DNA of 64,000 bases from Candidatus Peribacteria bacterium (GCA_041691135.1 JBEPVF010000002.1:210718-274717); one strand, 5' to 3'. Counted from the first letter of the stretch, positions 40,454-51,333 are shown. Notes: generated by a model from the letters alone, not told the origin. Numbers and translations are program-made.

Positions 40454-40765
40454 ATGTGGAAGCTCCAGCGGAATGAAAACGGCCAGAAATTATACTCCTG
40501 GTCGTACTTCTTTTTTGTAGCGGCCACAATGATGCTGGCCTTGGGCATCGGACTTGCCATGACAAGCGAGAAGAGAACGGAACAGACGGAGAACCGGGCG
40601 TACAGGATTCTCCGCGAATACGATGTTCAGCGCGCGGAAAAGGAATTTCCGCGGGCAGCAGAACGCGCTAAACGACCGGCTGTCCGACCCTCGACCAAGA
40701 AACAACATCCTGTCGCCCCTCCCCCGCCACTCGGCGGGGGAGGGGCGGTTTTGTATCTTGCGTGA
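40454..40765 (+). CDS. Small single-TM hypothetical protein
   Basis: One hydrophobic helix followed by a charged tail; the 3' end reads through a strong GC hairpin. Confidence 0.45.
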   Translation: MWKLQRNENGQKLYSWSYFFFVAATMMLALGIGLAMTSEKRTEQTENRAYRILREYDVQRAEKEFPRAAERAKRPAVRPSTKKQHPVAPPPPLGGGGAVLYLA

Positions 40766-40865
40766 GCCATCTAATGAAACAATAATCCAAAAAAATCGCT
40801 GCCAGCCGGTAAAAGAGTAGCGTGCTGATCAGTGCAGTAACATCTTTTCTCCTAGGGGAGGAACC

Positions 40866-41246
40866 ATGCGACCCATCGTATGGATCATCATTGTTCTTTG
40901 GCCGATCGTGGCCATCGTGCTCTACCCGTTCAGTATCGTGTGGAATGTGTTCTTTGAAATAGTGAGCACAATCAGCAAACGACTGACCCCTCGCTGGATC
41001 GCGAGACGCTTCAGCGTGATGGAACACGCGTGCATCAATGGAATCATGTGGATCGCACTCGTGATCTATCTGATCCCATCAGCACTGTTGGCATTGGCAG
41101 CCGTTGTTGGCTACCTCGGCCTGAAGGGCATCGTCAATATCTGTCTGAGTTGGACAGGATGGCGATATACAAGCCGCATGCGAAGAACGTTACGCCGTCG
41201 ACTGCACCTCCACGGCCAGCAACGGCCGAGCCCCCTCAAACAATGA
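40866..41246 (+). CDS. Hypothetical membrane protein
   Basis: Hydrophobic segments and a basic C-terminus; ends in a terminator hairpin. Confidence 0.55.
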   Translation: MRPIVWIIIVLWPIVAIVLYPFSIVWNVFFEIVSTISKRLTPRWIARRFSVMEHACINGIMWIALVIYLIPSALLALAAVVGYLGLKGIVNICLSWTGWRYTSRMRRTLRRRLHLHGQQRPSPLKQ

Positions 41247-41253
41247 GGGGGCT
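41229..41253. terminator. Hairpin between convergent genes (ftsH terminator)
   Basis: AGCCCCCTCA-aacaa-TGAGGGGGCT perfect 10 bp stem. Confidence 0.7.
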
Positions 41254-41304
41254 GATTTACTTATATTCGCGCGAAGCCTCGCGCTCTGCAGATAACATTG
41301 ATGA

Positions 41305-43203
41305 TCACACTTGTTCCTTCTTTGCTTCCTCTTTCTTCTTCGCCACTTTGGCCATCGGTTTGCCTTCGAATATTTCGAGGAACTCTTCCACGCTCACCGT
41401 CTCTTTCTTCATCAGCAACTCAACCACTTCGTCGAGCTTCTTGCGATTCTTGAGCAACATGCCCTTGGCACGCTCGTACTGCTCACGCACTGTGGTGCGC
41501 ACCCAGTCATCGATCGATTTGGCCATGTCTTCGGAATAGTTGCGCGAGAGTGACGGATCGATGCCGGCGAGGGCGGATCCCTGGCGCTCACCGTAGGCAA
41601 CGATGCCGAGTTCATCGCTGGCCATGCCGTAGCGCATCGCCATGCCGCGGGCGATTGCCGAAGCGCGTTCGATATCATTGGATGCACCGGTGGTGATTTC
41701 GCTGAAGACGATTTCTTCGGCTGCGCGACCGCCGAGCAGGCCGCAGATTTCATCCAAGAATTTACTCTTCGAGGTGGTGTACTGATCTTCCTGAGGAAGG
41801 AACCACGTCACACCCAGCGCCGATCCGCGCGAGACGATCGAGATCTTGTGGAGCGGATCGCTCTTGGGACACAGGTGCCCGACGATGGCGTGGCCGACTT
41901 CGTGGTAGGCGGTGATGTCTTTCTCATGCTGATTGAGTTTGCGAGATTTGCGTTCGCCGCCGATGGTGATCTTTTCGACGCTGTCGACCAAATCGATCTG
42001 AGCGACGGTCGTGTGCTTGCGTTTGGCCGCGAAGATCGCCGCCTCGTTCATCAGGTTTTCCAAGTCCGCGCCAGTGAGGCCTACTGTCTGCTTGGCGATG
42101 TCTTCGAGTTTCACATCTTTGCCGAGCTTCTTGTTGCGCGCATGTACTTCGAGAATTTTGAGACGTGCGTTCAGGTCCGGCTTGTCGATGAAAATGCGAC
42201 GATCGAATCGACCCGGACGGAGCAGCGCTACGTCCAGCACATCCGGACGGTTGGTGGCGGCCATCACGATCACGTTGGTCTCCTGCTCGAAGCCATCCAT
42301 CTCGGTGAGAATCTGATTAAGAGTCTGCTCGCGCTCATCGTGTCCGCCGCCAAATCCGGCTCCGCCGCGCTGGCGTCCCACGGCATCGATTTCGTCGATG
42401 AAGATGATGCACGGTGCATTGCGCTTGGCCTTGGTAAACAGATCACGCACACGGCTGGCGCCCACGCCGACGAACATTTCGACGAACTCGGAACCGGCAA
42501 TGGCGAAGAAGGGCACTCCGGCTTCGCCCGCTACGGCGCGCGCGAGGAGCGTTTTACCCGTTCCCGGTGAACCGACGAGCAGCACGCCTTTGGGGATTTT
42601 GGCACCAATGGATGTGTACTTTTTGGGATTCTTGAGAAAGTCGACGACCTCGACCAGATCTTCTTTGGCTTCATCCGCGCCGGCCACGTCCGTAAAGCGC
42701 GTCTTCACCTGCTTGGCATCGGCAACGCGCGCACGTGATTTACCGAATGAGAGCGCAGTGGATTGACTGCGTGCAATGCCGCGAAACAGCCAGATCACTC
42801 CCGTAATAATAAGGAGGAAGAAGATGAGATCCGGCAGAATCTGATAGAACATGTTCGTCGCTTCGCGATCTTCCACTTCCACAACCGTCACATTCTTCGG
42901 ATCGTTCCAGCCGAGCTGGCTCACCGTTTCTCCCTCCTCTTTGTACGACTGCAATATTTCTCCATCTTTGGCCGTGGCATAGACTTTATTGGTCCGAATG
43001 AGGATCTTCTGAAACTTGTTCTGCGCGTAACCTTGGGTGATGGCGCTGATCGGCACCTGTTTGGCAGATGCGAACTGCTGCTCTTTTTCGCGTTCCGGAT
43101 TGGTGAGGAACATGAAAGAAAGCAGGACTAGCGTGCAAATAAGGAGCATGGTCCAAAGCCATTGCTGACGATTTCGTTGGGGTGATTTGTAGGGGCTATT
43201 CAT
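41305..43203 (-). CDS. ftsH: ATP-dependent zinc metalloprotease FtsH
   Basis: Two TM helices, [43 protein letters not shown]. Confidence 0.98.
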   Translation of the reverse strand: MNSPYKSPQRNRQQWLWTMLLICTLVLLSFMFLTNPEREKEQQFASAKQVPISAITQGYAQNKFQKILIRTNKVYATAKDGEILQSYKEEGETVSQLGWNDPKNVTVVEVEDREATNMFYQILPDLIFFLLIITGVIWLFRGIARSQSTALSFGKSRARVADAKQVKTRFTDVAGADEAKEDLVEVVDFLKNPKKYTSIGAKIPKGVLLVGSPGTGKTLLARAVAGEAGVPFFAIAGSEFVEMFVGVGASRVRDLFTKAKRNAPCIIFIDEIDAVGRQRGGAGFGGGHDEREQTLNQILTEMDGFEQETNVIVMAATNRPDVLDVALLRPGRFDRRIFIDKPDLNARLKILEVHARNKKLGKDVKLEDIAKQTVGLTGADLENLMNEAAIFAAKRKHTTVAQIDLVDSVEKITIGGERKSRKLNQHEKDITAYHEVGHAIVGHLCPKSDPLHKISIVSRGSALGVTWFLPQEDQYTTSKSKFLDEICGLLGGRAAEEIVFSEITTGASNDIERASAIARGMAMRYGMASDELGIVAYGERQGSALAGIDPSLSRNYSEDMAKSIDDWVRTTVREQYERAKGMLLKNRKKLDEVVELLMKKETVSVEEFLEIFEGKPMAKVAKKKEEAKKEQV

Positions 43204-43289
43204 AGGAAAGAAGAATATCAGTTTTTTTCTAGCGGGTCACGGGGAGTGAGACGGTTTTTGAGGTGTATTCGTTACCGAAGATAAAATAC

Positions 43290-43418
43290 AAAGAACCACG
43301 AGCCAAGAACCAGATAAAAACCACATACCGGCAACCGAATTCCCAAGCGGGCATCTTCGATTCCAGAGAGCAATCGCTTGAAGTTCCCCGGTTCTTGGCT
43401 CTTGGCGCTTGGTTCTTT
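43290..43418. repeat. Inverted heptamer-repeat stem-loop element
   Basis: AAAGAACCACGAGCCAAGAACC at the left pairs with GGTTCTTGGCTCTTGGCGCTTGGTTCTTT at the right; 7-nt period TTGGNNC. Confidence 0.65.
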
Positions 43419-43453
43419 CCCCCAGGCCTTCCTCTGCTCTACACTACCCCGGC

Positions 43454-44959
43454 ATGGCAACCAAACCTCTCCCCTTCTGGACGCGCGATACGTGGTGGTA
43501 CCTCGGGTTCATTATCTTGCTGTCCTTCTTTACGTATTTTTATCATTACAACTATCCGCGCGCCGTATTCTGGGACGAGAACTATCACATTGCGAGTGCG
43601 CAGAAGTACCTGCATGGCGTGTACTTTATGGAGCCGCATCCGCCGCTGGGCAAATTGCTCATCGCCGCCGGCGAGAAAATTTTTCACACGAACGCGAAGA
43701 CCGATCAATTTTTGGGAACCGACTACGGCAAAGATTTCAGCGGCGTCGACTTCACCGGCTACCGTTTCTTCTCGGCATTGCTCGGCTGGCTCGCCGCTCC
43801 GCTTCTGTTCATTATTTTCCTGCTCATCACGCGGAACGGATTGCAGGCGACATTGCTGAGCTTCCTGTATGTCTTCGACAACGCGTTGATCGTCCATCTC
43901 CGCGGCGCGATGCTCGAAGGCCCGCTGGTCTTCTTTACGGCGGTGATGATACTGGCGTTCTTCCTGTTCTTCGAAGACCGCGTGCGTGACCAGCGAAAAT
44001 TGCTTACGTGGGTATCGATCCTGTTCGGCGTGGCCTTTGCGTGTGTACTGACCACCAAAGTGACGGGCCTGATTATGATCCTGATGATACCGGCCATTCT
44101 GTACCGGCTGTACCCGCGATGGGACTCCATGTTCCGCTTTCTGATCGCCGCGATTATCCCGTTCCTGATCGTATACATGGGCGTGTGGCAGATTCATTTC
44201 GCACTGGGACAGAAGATCAATCCATTGTTGCCGGACAACGGGTACTACCAGGCATCACCGGCTTACAAACAGATTTTGCAGCAAAAAAAGGCCGGATCAT
44301 TGGCCGCCTTCCCGACCGAGATGATCGATTCTTGGAAGTTCGTGAGCCACTACGAACAGGGTGCGCCACGGCTGGATTTGGCCAAGGCCGATGAGAACGG
44401 CAGTCCGCCATGGTTCTGGCCGCTGGGTGCGCGAAGTATCAATTATCGATGGGAAACACCGAATTCGGAAGTGTACCGCTACCTCTATCTGCAGGTGAAC
44501 CCCGCCGTGTGGTGGACCGGGGCATTGGCTGTACTGATGGCGTGCGCACTGCTGCTGTGTTCGGTGATCGCACCGCCGAAGGAAAAATTACGTCACCCGT
44601 TCCTCCTCACGTTCTTCACCGGTCTGTGGTTCGCATACATGATTGCCGTGAGCCGCATCGGTCGCGTGCTTTATCTATACCACTATTTCACACCGCTCCT
44701 GTTCACATTCGTCATCCTGGCCCTGGTGATCATGAACATCCAACGTCTCCGTAATCTGGTCATCAAGGAAGAACATAGGACGACGATTCTGATGATCCTC
44801 GCCGCTTTGATCTGCATTGTCTTTCAGTTCTATCGGCCCTTTACGTATTACGAACCCATCTCCGACGATCAAGTGAAGCGCCGCGCATTCTTTCCACTCT
44901 GGGAACTGACATGCGTAAGGTGCGAGAAACAGAGCGTATTTGTGGTGACAAAAAAGTAA
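43454..44959 (+). CDS. Polyprenol-phosphate-mannose protein O-mannosyltransferase (PMT, GT39)
   Basis: VFWDENYH (DE motif), EPHPPLGKLLIA, SPPWFWPL, NPAVWW, RVLYLYHY. Confidence 0.9.
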   Translation: MATKPLPFWTRDTWWYLGFIILLSFFTYFYHYNYPRAVFWDENYHIASAQKYLHGVYFMEPHPPLGKLLIAAGEKIFHTNAKTDQFLGTDYGKDFSGVDFTGYRFFSALLGWLAAPLLFIIFLLITRNGLQATLLSFLYVFDNALIVHLRGAMLEGPLVFFTAVMILAFFLFFEDRVRDQRKLLTWVSILFGVAFACVLTTKVTGLIMILMIPAILYRLYPRWDSMFRFLIAAIIPFLIVYMGVWQIHFALGQKINPLLPDNGYYQASPAYKQILQQKKAGSLAAFPTEMIDSWKFVSHYEQGAPRLDLAKADENGSPPWFWPLGARSINYRWETPNSEVYRYLYLQVNPAVWWTGALAVLMACALLLCSVIAPPKEKLRHPFLLTFFTGLWFAYMIAVSRIGRVLYLYHYFTPLLFTFVILALVIMNIQRLRNLVIKEEHRTTILMILAALICIVFQFYRPFTYYEPISDDQVKRRAFFPLWELTCVRCEKQSVFVVTKK

Positions 44960-45003
44960 GTCCGAGAAAAGTACGAAGCTTTTTCGAATTCCAAATTTTC
45001 TCT

Positions 45004-46272
45004 CTAGATCTTCTCTTTCTGGCGGTCTAATCCTTTCATCACGTCAATCGAATAAAACACCAACGCAAACATCTGCGCGGCTGCGATCCATATTGGTAGA
45101 TACCGGTATGACTGAAGGAAAGACGTATTGATCAGTTCGAGCAGAGATGCTCCAAGAAGATTGAGAAAGAAACAGAAAGACACGCATGCATATAACACGG
45201 CGTAGCGTCGGTGCCTGAACGCAAGTGGCAGACCAAAAACCACGAAGGGAAACAGGTATCGCTCGTGCATTTCGGTTCCGATCATAAAAACCAACAATGA
45301 AAGGAAGGAGAGAACATAGAACAGCGCTTCGATATTTTCGGGCTTCGCCAGATTTCCGCGCAATCGTTTGCGGAATCGCCACAGTGTCATCGCAGAAAGA
45401 GCGGCAAACAGCAGGTAACTGGCCTGGTCGTAGGTGATGACGCCAAAGAACGTGGTTGTGCCGGGAGTTTGCCATCCTTCAGGCCAGAGCAGGATCAACC
45501 ATATGTTGTACGCCTGCCACATCGCATGCGATTCTCGCAGCACATCATGAATTACATAGACATGCACCAACTGTGTCAGCGTTCCGGCCAGCACGAAAGG
45601 AACCACCACGATTATCAGAATAGCCAAACATCGATTGAATATTTTCAGCAACACATTGGCATTGAGCGGCAATAAAAAAAGGAACACCGGCAACAACATC
45701 AGCGCCTGTACTTTCACGAGGCAGCTGACCAATGCCAGAACCATGCCCAGTACCGGCCGCTTGGAGCAGTACGCCAGCGCGGCAGGCAACAGAAATACCA
45801 CGTACAATGCATCCGTCTGGCCCCACACTGTCGAGTCGAACAGAACGGCCGGGTGAAACAGATAAATAGCCGCCGCAAGAAGACCCGCCGCTTTCGATCG
45901 CAAACGTGTGACGATGAAGAATAGCAGCGTACCGATGACAAGGTCGGCCGCGATCGCCGGAAGTTTGGCAAAGACCAAATGCGCCGGTTCGACGATGACA
46001 TACGACGGAGAGACGATCCATTTGTACAAATATCCGCTGCCTTCGAGCACCGCGATAGCCAACGGTGGATAGTTGGGAAGCCATGCGGTCGATACCTGTT
46101 CTCGATACGAACGCGCGAGCCCGAGTTTGACGCTGCTTTCCATCCAACTGCGCACGGCAAGCGTATCGGGATGTGCCGTCTGCGGAGCCAGCGCAAGTCG
46201 CACCATTAATCCTGCGAGCAGCAGAAGAGTGAGAGCGGCCGTTGTCTTGATGTCGATGGTGCGGGCAGACAT
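45004..46272 (-). CDS. GT-C membrane glycosyltransferase (mannosyltransferase-like)
   Basis: NYPPL, KLPAIAAD, FHPAVLFDSTVWGQTD, VKVQ, MHERYLFP. Confidence 0.82.
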   Translation of the reverse strand: MSARTIDIKTTAALTLLLLAGLMVRLALAPQTAHPDTLAVRSWMESSVKLGLARSYREQVSTAWLPNYPPLAIAVLEGSGYLYKWIVSPSYVIVEPAHLVFAKLPAIAADLVIGTLLFFIVTRLRSKAAGLLAAAIYLFHPAVLFDSTVWGQTDALYVVFLLPAALAYCSKRPVLGMVLALVSCLVKVQALMLLPVFLFLLPLNANVLLKIFNRCLAILIIVVVPFVLAGTLTQLVHVYVIHDVLRESHAMWQAYNIWLILLWPEGWQTPGTTTFFGVITYDQASYLLFAALSAMTLWRFRKRLRGNLAKPENIEALFYVLSFLSLLVFMIGTEMHERYLFPFVVFGLPLAFRHRRYAVLYACVSFCFFLNLLGASLLELINTSFLQSYRYLPIWIAAAQMFALVFYSIDVMKGLDRQKEKI

Positions 46273-46346
46273 TTTGTCTCACTGTACCCGTGATGCTCAT
46301 TCCATTTCAAACCAATGCGGATGTGCCGAACGAAACAGTGATGCGT

Positions 46347-47102
46347 TCACGACACAACCGTTTCGCCTTGCTCTTCGACCGCCAGCTGCGACGACCGGGC
46401 TGCATATTTGCGCGACCGGTTCAGCTCGCGGAGTTCGCGGAACATACGCAGAATAACGGTGGGCTTGGCACCGGTGGGTTGGCCGTACAAACGCGGATAG
46501 TGAGGCACCGGCACTTCGCACATTGGAATCTTCTGCTCCGCCAGCCGCAGAAAGAGCTCGGCATTAAACAGTGCCCCCGATGAATGCAACGGACGGATGC
46601 GCGGCCAGATGGAAGTACGAAAGGCTTTGAGCGCGCAGTTTACATCTTGTACGCGCACACTGAGCGTCCACCGGACGAGCAAGTTGTACAGACGGGCGTT
46701 CAGAATACGAATGAATTTGTCGGCCCGCTTCTCCCGATATCCGGCAACAAAATCCACGGTCGCGAGTGACGGAAGCAAACGTTCGGCATCAGCCGCATGG
46801 AATTGACCATCGCTGTCCATAAAGACCGTCACTTCTTTCGTCGCCGCATCGGCACCCGAACGCAGTGCAGCGCCATAGCCGCGGTTGGCAATATGCGTCA
46901 CCACATGCAATGTCGGAATATCGGTTTCGAGCCCATCCAGAATAATGGCCGAACGATCGATCGACCCGTCATTCACCACAATGATCTCGCCATCAATGCC
47001 GGCTTTTTCAAACCACGCATTTGCATCGCGCACGGTGCGTTCAATATTTTCTTCCTCGTTAAAGCACGGTAATACAAGAGAAATAGTCATCGTTGTCATC
47101 AT
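46347..47102 (-). CDS. GT2 polyprenol-phosphate glycosyltransferase (DPM1-like)
   Basis: SLVLPCFNEE, VVNDGSID, NRGYGAAL, MDSDGQF, DVNCALK. Confidence 0.92.
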   Translation of the reverse strand: MMTTMTISLVLPCFNEEENIERTVRDANAWFEKAGIDGEIIVVNDGSIDRSAIILDGLETDIPTLHVVTHIANRGYGAALRSGADAATKEVTVFMDSDGQFHAADAERLLPSLATVDFVAGYREKRADKFIRILNARLYNLLVRWTLSVRVQDVNCALKAFRTSIWPRIRPLHSSGALFNAELFLRLAEQKIPMCEVPVPHYPRLYGQPTGAKPTVILRMFRELRELNRSRKYAARSSQLAVEEQGETVVS

Positions 47103-47241
47103 AGTATGAACAGTGACGGCAGGCCACCCATGTTTCTTACGAATTCCCGCAACGGTAGGTCATAAAGGGTGATTTTTTCAGCGGGGCGCTGTCGCTTTCT
47201 TCGCAATGCGTGCAAGTTGTTCGATTCATCGTGCGCGTGTG

Positions 47242-47410
47242 CACCCTCACCCCGGCCCTCTCCCGCCAGCCCTGCCCTACAGGAAGTCTTGATCATTTGT
47301 TCGTGATTGAACACCAGAGGCCTGCCGGGAGAGGGAGATGTGTGTTGTATGTTGTTTAATAAAGCATAAGTCCTTCCACGTGCCAGCGTACGGGAGGGCC
47401 GGGTAAGGTG
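47242..47410. repeat. REP/MITE-like palindromic element
   Basis: CACCCTCACCCCGGCCCTCTCCCG at the left, internal CGGGAGAGGG, and CGGGAGGGCCGGGTAAGGTG at the right (imperfect inverted copy). Confidence 0.6.
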
Positions 47411-47432
47411 CTCCACAGGGCGGATGGATACT

Positions 47433-48974
47433 TCAATAACATCGCACGTGAAACAACCCTTCCGGCGGGCTGACGTCTTTGAACGGCAGACTGCCTATTA
47501 TCTCCGCTTGGTCGTCATTCCTGAATATCAAGCATCGCCCTGGTTTCTGTACCAACTCTTCCTGCCTGACCGGCATCGGCAATTTTGCAACCGTCTGATA
47601 CCACCGCACGGTCGCATAATTGATGTGCGGTGTGACGATGATTTCCTGCGGATGTTCCGCGGCAGCCCGTTGCAACGCACCGGATAGATCGCTGCTCTCG
47701 AATGCCGCCGCGCTTACTGCCGGGTAAACGGCGAAGTAGTGATAGAGGTAGGCCGTCGCTTCGGTGCCCAAGCACAGAAAAATCACAAGAGCCACAATGG
47801 GATACATTCGCTTGGAAAATATCTGGAGCAACAGATCGAATCCGATGCACGACAGCAGAAGCAGCGACAAGCCGAGCAGAATGCTGCGCAGCGAATGAGG
47901 AATGCCATCAGTCGTAAGTGCCGACGCAACCGGCGCAAGCACCATGAGACACACGAGCACCCCGATAAAACGCCGATCGACTCGCAAGCGGCGAATCGTC
48001 AGCAAAACAAGGCATGTCAAAGCCAAAATGCCCACGGTCAGAAATATTTCACCGCCGAAACCGATGGCATGGCGGAGATTTCCGTCGCCCTGTAACAGTA
48101 AAAATGCAGGAGTGAAATGTGCGACATAGTTACCCAAGAATATCATCGCCTTCTGGATGAAGGACAGCGAGGGATCGAAGACGAATGTCATGCCGTTAAA
48201 ACGTGCCGTCAGATGATCGGCATGTCGCAACACGTACAGCAAATATGGCACCAGACAGATGGCGAATGAGCATGTGATGACCAGAGCCTGGCGAACAGTG
48301 GAACGTCGCGCATAGAAAAGCAGCATGATTGCCAGCAGTCCGAAGCCGATTATGCGTCCGGTGGGATACGCGTACACGGACAAAGCCAAAAGGATTCCGG
48401 TTGCCGCACTCCAGCCGAGTGCATGTTTTGTGGCTGGACAAAACGCATACCACAGAGTCAGAAGCGCCGTTGCGGTGAGCGCCGCCTGCGAAATAACTTC
48501 GAAGCTGATACGAGAGAGCGTGAAGAACCACGGTAACGTTCCGGCAGCGAGCAGTGCGTATGCCGCGACAGTCTGACGATGCATGGTCAGTCGCCGGACC
48601 AACAGCACAACCGCCGTGACAAGCAGCAGAACGTAGAACGCGCTCGTCAGTCGCAGTATCGCGGTGGATGGAGGCGCCACGCGGAACAGAAGCGCGGCAG
48701 TGTAGATGTACACCGGCGCTTTGTAATCACCGAAGGACTCGAAAAAAAGCGGAAACACTTCGCCGTGTTCATCACGGCCGTCGTGTGCGATTGAAAGCGC
48801 ATTGATGCCGATGGCCGCTTCATCCTGGTACACACCGCGCGGCACCGTATCGATACGCAATAGATGAATCGACACGATAAGGATGGCAAGCGCCGCGAAG
48901 ATGCCAATCCGCACAATACGACTGTTCCATGCACGCATGAACACATTGGTGGAAGAAAGTTGGACGGCGGTCAT
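47433..48974 (-). CDS. GT-C (ArnT/GT83-GT39-like) glycosyltransferase
   Basis: PRGVYQDEAAIGINA...GRDEHG..FPLFFESFGDYK, SRISFE, GDGNLRH, PHSLR. Start placed at MTAVQ after a TATGCT box. Confidence 0.85.
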   Translation of the reverse strand: MTAVQLSSTNVFMRAWNSRIVRIGIFAALAILIVSIHLLRIDTVPRGVYQDEAAIGINALSIAHDGRDEHGEVFPLFFESFGDYKAPVYIYTAALLFRVAPPSTAILRLTSAFYVLLLVTAVVLLVRRLTMHRQTVAAYALLAAGTLPWFFTLSRISFEVISQAALTATALLTLWYAFCPATKHALGWSAATGILLALSVYAYPTGRIIGFGLLAIMLLFYARRSTVRQALVITCSFAICLVPYLLYVLRHADHLTARFNGMTFVFDPSLSFIQKAMIFLGNYVAHFTPAFLLLQGDGNLRHAIGFGGEIFLTVGILALTCLVLLTIRRLRVDRRFIGVLVCLMVLAPVASALTTDGIPHSLRSILLGLSLLLLSCIGFDLLLQIFSKRMYPIVALVIFLCLGTEATAYLYHYFAVYPAVSAAAFESSDLSGALQRAAAEHPQEIIVTPHINYATVRWYQTVAKLPMPVRQEELVQKPGRCLIFRNDDQAEIIGSLPFKDVSPPEGLFHVRCY

Positions 48975-49074
48975 GGACAGAGCATAGCAACGAAAGAAAT
49001 GAGACAACAGAACTCCGCCGAAGAGCAATGTCGCCGTGTTGATGCCCCCAAACGATTTACCTAAGATTGCCGCC

Positions 49075-50865
49075 ATGGTCCGACGCATGCCTTCTCTCAT
49101 TCTTTGGCTCTCGCTCGCGGTGGTGGCAGTGGGCTGCATCGTCGTATGGCTGCTGCATAGCATTGTGTATCCGCGCATCGAGCCAGGCGCAACTTACAGA
49201 GCGGATAGCGGAAGTCCCCAATCGGTAGACGTACCGTTCGAGTTGCTTAATCAGCCCGAAGGAACATTTTTCGCCACATTCGATATATGGGTCACGCCGC
49301 TCACGGCCCATCGGTACGCCATCAGTGCCGACGACTGTCTGGACAGCATCACCATCAATGGCAAACGTTTCGACGACGACCGGTTCGCCTACTGCGATTT
49401 CCGGAACATTCGCACGTTCGACCTGTCATCGCTGCTTACCATCGGCTTGAATCATATCGCTGTCACCGCACATAATACGGGCGGTGCAGCCAGCGTCCGT
49501 TTTTTGCCGGCACAAAGCGACAGTCGGGTATTGCTGTGGATCTTGGTCCTGCTGGCGGTGATGTGGATGGCGATGCGCACGGTGTTGTGCCGACTGTGGA
49601 AAGACGTCGACACGCCGACGTCCATCGTGCTCTTCTTCGGCGTGTGTCTGCGGCTGCTGTATGTGTTCGCCACACCGTACACCACGCGTGCGCACGATGC
49701 CGATGCTCATATCGAATACATTCATGCGGTGGCGCAGACTCTGCGGATTCCGGCGGCCAGCGGCGGCTGGGAATTCCATCAGGCGCCTCTCTATTACTTG
49801 CTGAGCGGACTCTATGAACGGATGGGAAATTTGTGGGGTCTGTCGCGGGATGCGATTTTGCAGCACCTGCAATACGGTTCGCTGGTGGCATCCATCGCTA
49901 CCTTCTTCGCGGCCTTCGTCGTTTCATTGCTGCTCTTTCCCAAAAAAGCCGATCGTAATCAGCGCCTCTTGTTTCTAAGTATCGTCTCCGCATTCCCAAG
50001 TCTCGTGTTTGTTTCATCCCGTTTGTACAACGATGCCCTGTACAACTTCTTCGCTTTTGCGGCGGTCGCTTTGCTGTTGTGGTGGTGGCAACATCCCTGC
50101 TGGCGGCGATGGATTATGTTCAGCGTCACTGTCGCTCTGGGATACATCACCAAGCTCAGCGCGATGTTTTTTGTGCCGGTTGGTTTCGTATGTCTGCTGG
50201 TGAAGCGAAAAATGACATGGCGCAGCAAAGCGGGACACGCACTGGCAATGGTGGTTATCTTCGTCGTGCTGGCCGGTTGGCTTCCTTATTTGCGTTTCGT
50301 AGTGGAACAAGACACGACACGCTCGCGAACCCTGGGCAACGATGGCATGAGTTCCGGGCTCTCCGTGGAAAACAACGTACCGAATTATCTGATCTTCAAT
50401 CCGATCAAAGTGATCGAGCATCCATTCAACAATCCATGGACCGACGAGGAGAGACGACAGTGGTTTCCCGAATATTTCTACCGTTCCAGTTTCTTCGGCG
50501 AATTCAGCTTCGATCGTCTGCGGCTGCTGTGCCAGGGCATGCTATTGACCGGCATGCTGGTGTTGCCGCTCCTCCTGCTGGGATTCCTTGCTTCCATTCG
50601 ATGGCGCGAGTGGCCGCTTTCCCTGCCGGTCACCATCCTGTTTCCCACGCTGCTGGCGGCGAGTGCGTGGTACCGCTTTAATTTTCCCTACGCACCCAAC
50701 CAAGATTTTCGTTTCGTCGTCCTGCTAGTGTTGCCGATCGCCTTCTGCATTGTGCGTGGCATTGTGTGTCTGCCGCGCAGCATCCGATGGTTCGGATATT
50801 GGCTCGCACTGCTCAACATATCGCTCAGCGCAACATTTCTGCTCAGCATTTTTCTGCAATCCTGA
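49075..50865 (+). CDS. GT-C-like membrane protein with an N-terminal extracytoplasmic beta-sandwich
   Basis: ADDCLDSITING...GLNHIAV (sugar-binding sandwich), HDADAHIEYI, EFHQAPLYY, NDAL, TKLS, QDFRF. Confidence 0.78.
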   Translation: MVRRMPSLILWLSLAVVAVGCIVVWLLHSIVYPRIEPGATYRADSGSPQSVDVPFELLNQPEGTFFATFDIWVTPLTAHRYAISADDCLDSITINGKRFDDDRFAYCDFRNIRTFDLSSLLTIGLNHIAVTAHNTGGAASVRFLPAQSDSRVLLWILVLLAVMWMAMRTVLCRLWKDVDTPTSIVLFFGVCLRLLYVFATPYTTRAHDADAHIEYIHAVAQTLRIPAASGGWEFHQAPLYYLLSGLYERMGNLWGLSRDAILQHLQYGSLVASIATFFAAFVVSLLLFPKKADRNQRLLFLSIVSAFPSLVFVSSRLYNDALYNFFAFAAVALLLWWWQHPCWRRWIMFSVTVALGYITKLSAMFFVPVGFVCLLVKRKMTWRSKAGHALAMVVIFVVLAGWLPYLRFVVEQDTTRSRTLGNDGMSSGLSVENNVPNYLIFNPIKVIEHPFNNPWTDEERRQWFPEYFYRSSFFGEFSFDRLRLLCQGMLLTGMLVLPLLLLGFLASIRWREWPLSLPVTILFPTLLAASAWYRFNFPYAPNQDFRFVVLLVLPIAFCIVRGIVCLPRSIRWFGYWLALLNISLSATFLLSIFLQS

Positions 50866-50886
50866 TTCGCGTTGTGTGACGCTGCG

Positions 50887-51333
50887 TTACGGGTGATACC
50901 CTGCTTTCTGCGCGCTGGCCGCATCAGCGAAGTAGATGCGATTGCCGACCACGATTTGTGCTGCCGCTTTGGTAGTCACCGGATAATACTTCTTCCCTTT
51001 GCGCGAGGCGACGAATCGCATGCCCGCCGGCGGCACAACCGCAGCTGATTGTTGCGCCGGTTGAGAGGTGGAATCAGGAACGACACCGAATGCGCCGTGT
51101 TCGTCCGACGTGATCAGACGATCACCAAGGAACACGCGCACTGCACCTGTCATCGTTCCATGCACCGGCACAGTTGAATCAAAGGTGACCACCGCCGTAC
51201 GCGGAGGATCGATATCCTCGCGAATGACAGGTGCCGCCGGCGCCTCGGCCAGAACCGACACGATGCGGCCCGCCCCGTAGCCGAGACAGACCGCCATGCC
51301 GAGCGCGCCGATAGACAAGAGCCACAAACGCAT
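50887..51333 (-). CDS. Membrane-anchored protein with a C-terminal Ada-metal-binding-like domain lacking Cys
   Basis: N-terminal TM; FVASRKGKKYY...NRIYFADAASAQKAGY. Confidence 0.65.
   Translation of the reverse strand: MRLWLLSIGALGMAVCLGYGAGRIVSVLAEAPAAPVIREDIDPPRTAVVTFDSTVPVHGTMTGAVRVFLGDRLITSDEHGAFGVVPDSTSQPAQQSAAVVPPAGMRFVASRKGKKYYPVTTKAAAQIVVGNRIYFADAASAQKAGYHP

Noticed and set aside
47099-47416. 105 aa ORF containing GEGRGEG
   Set aside because: Translation of the palindromic repeat, not a protein.
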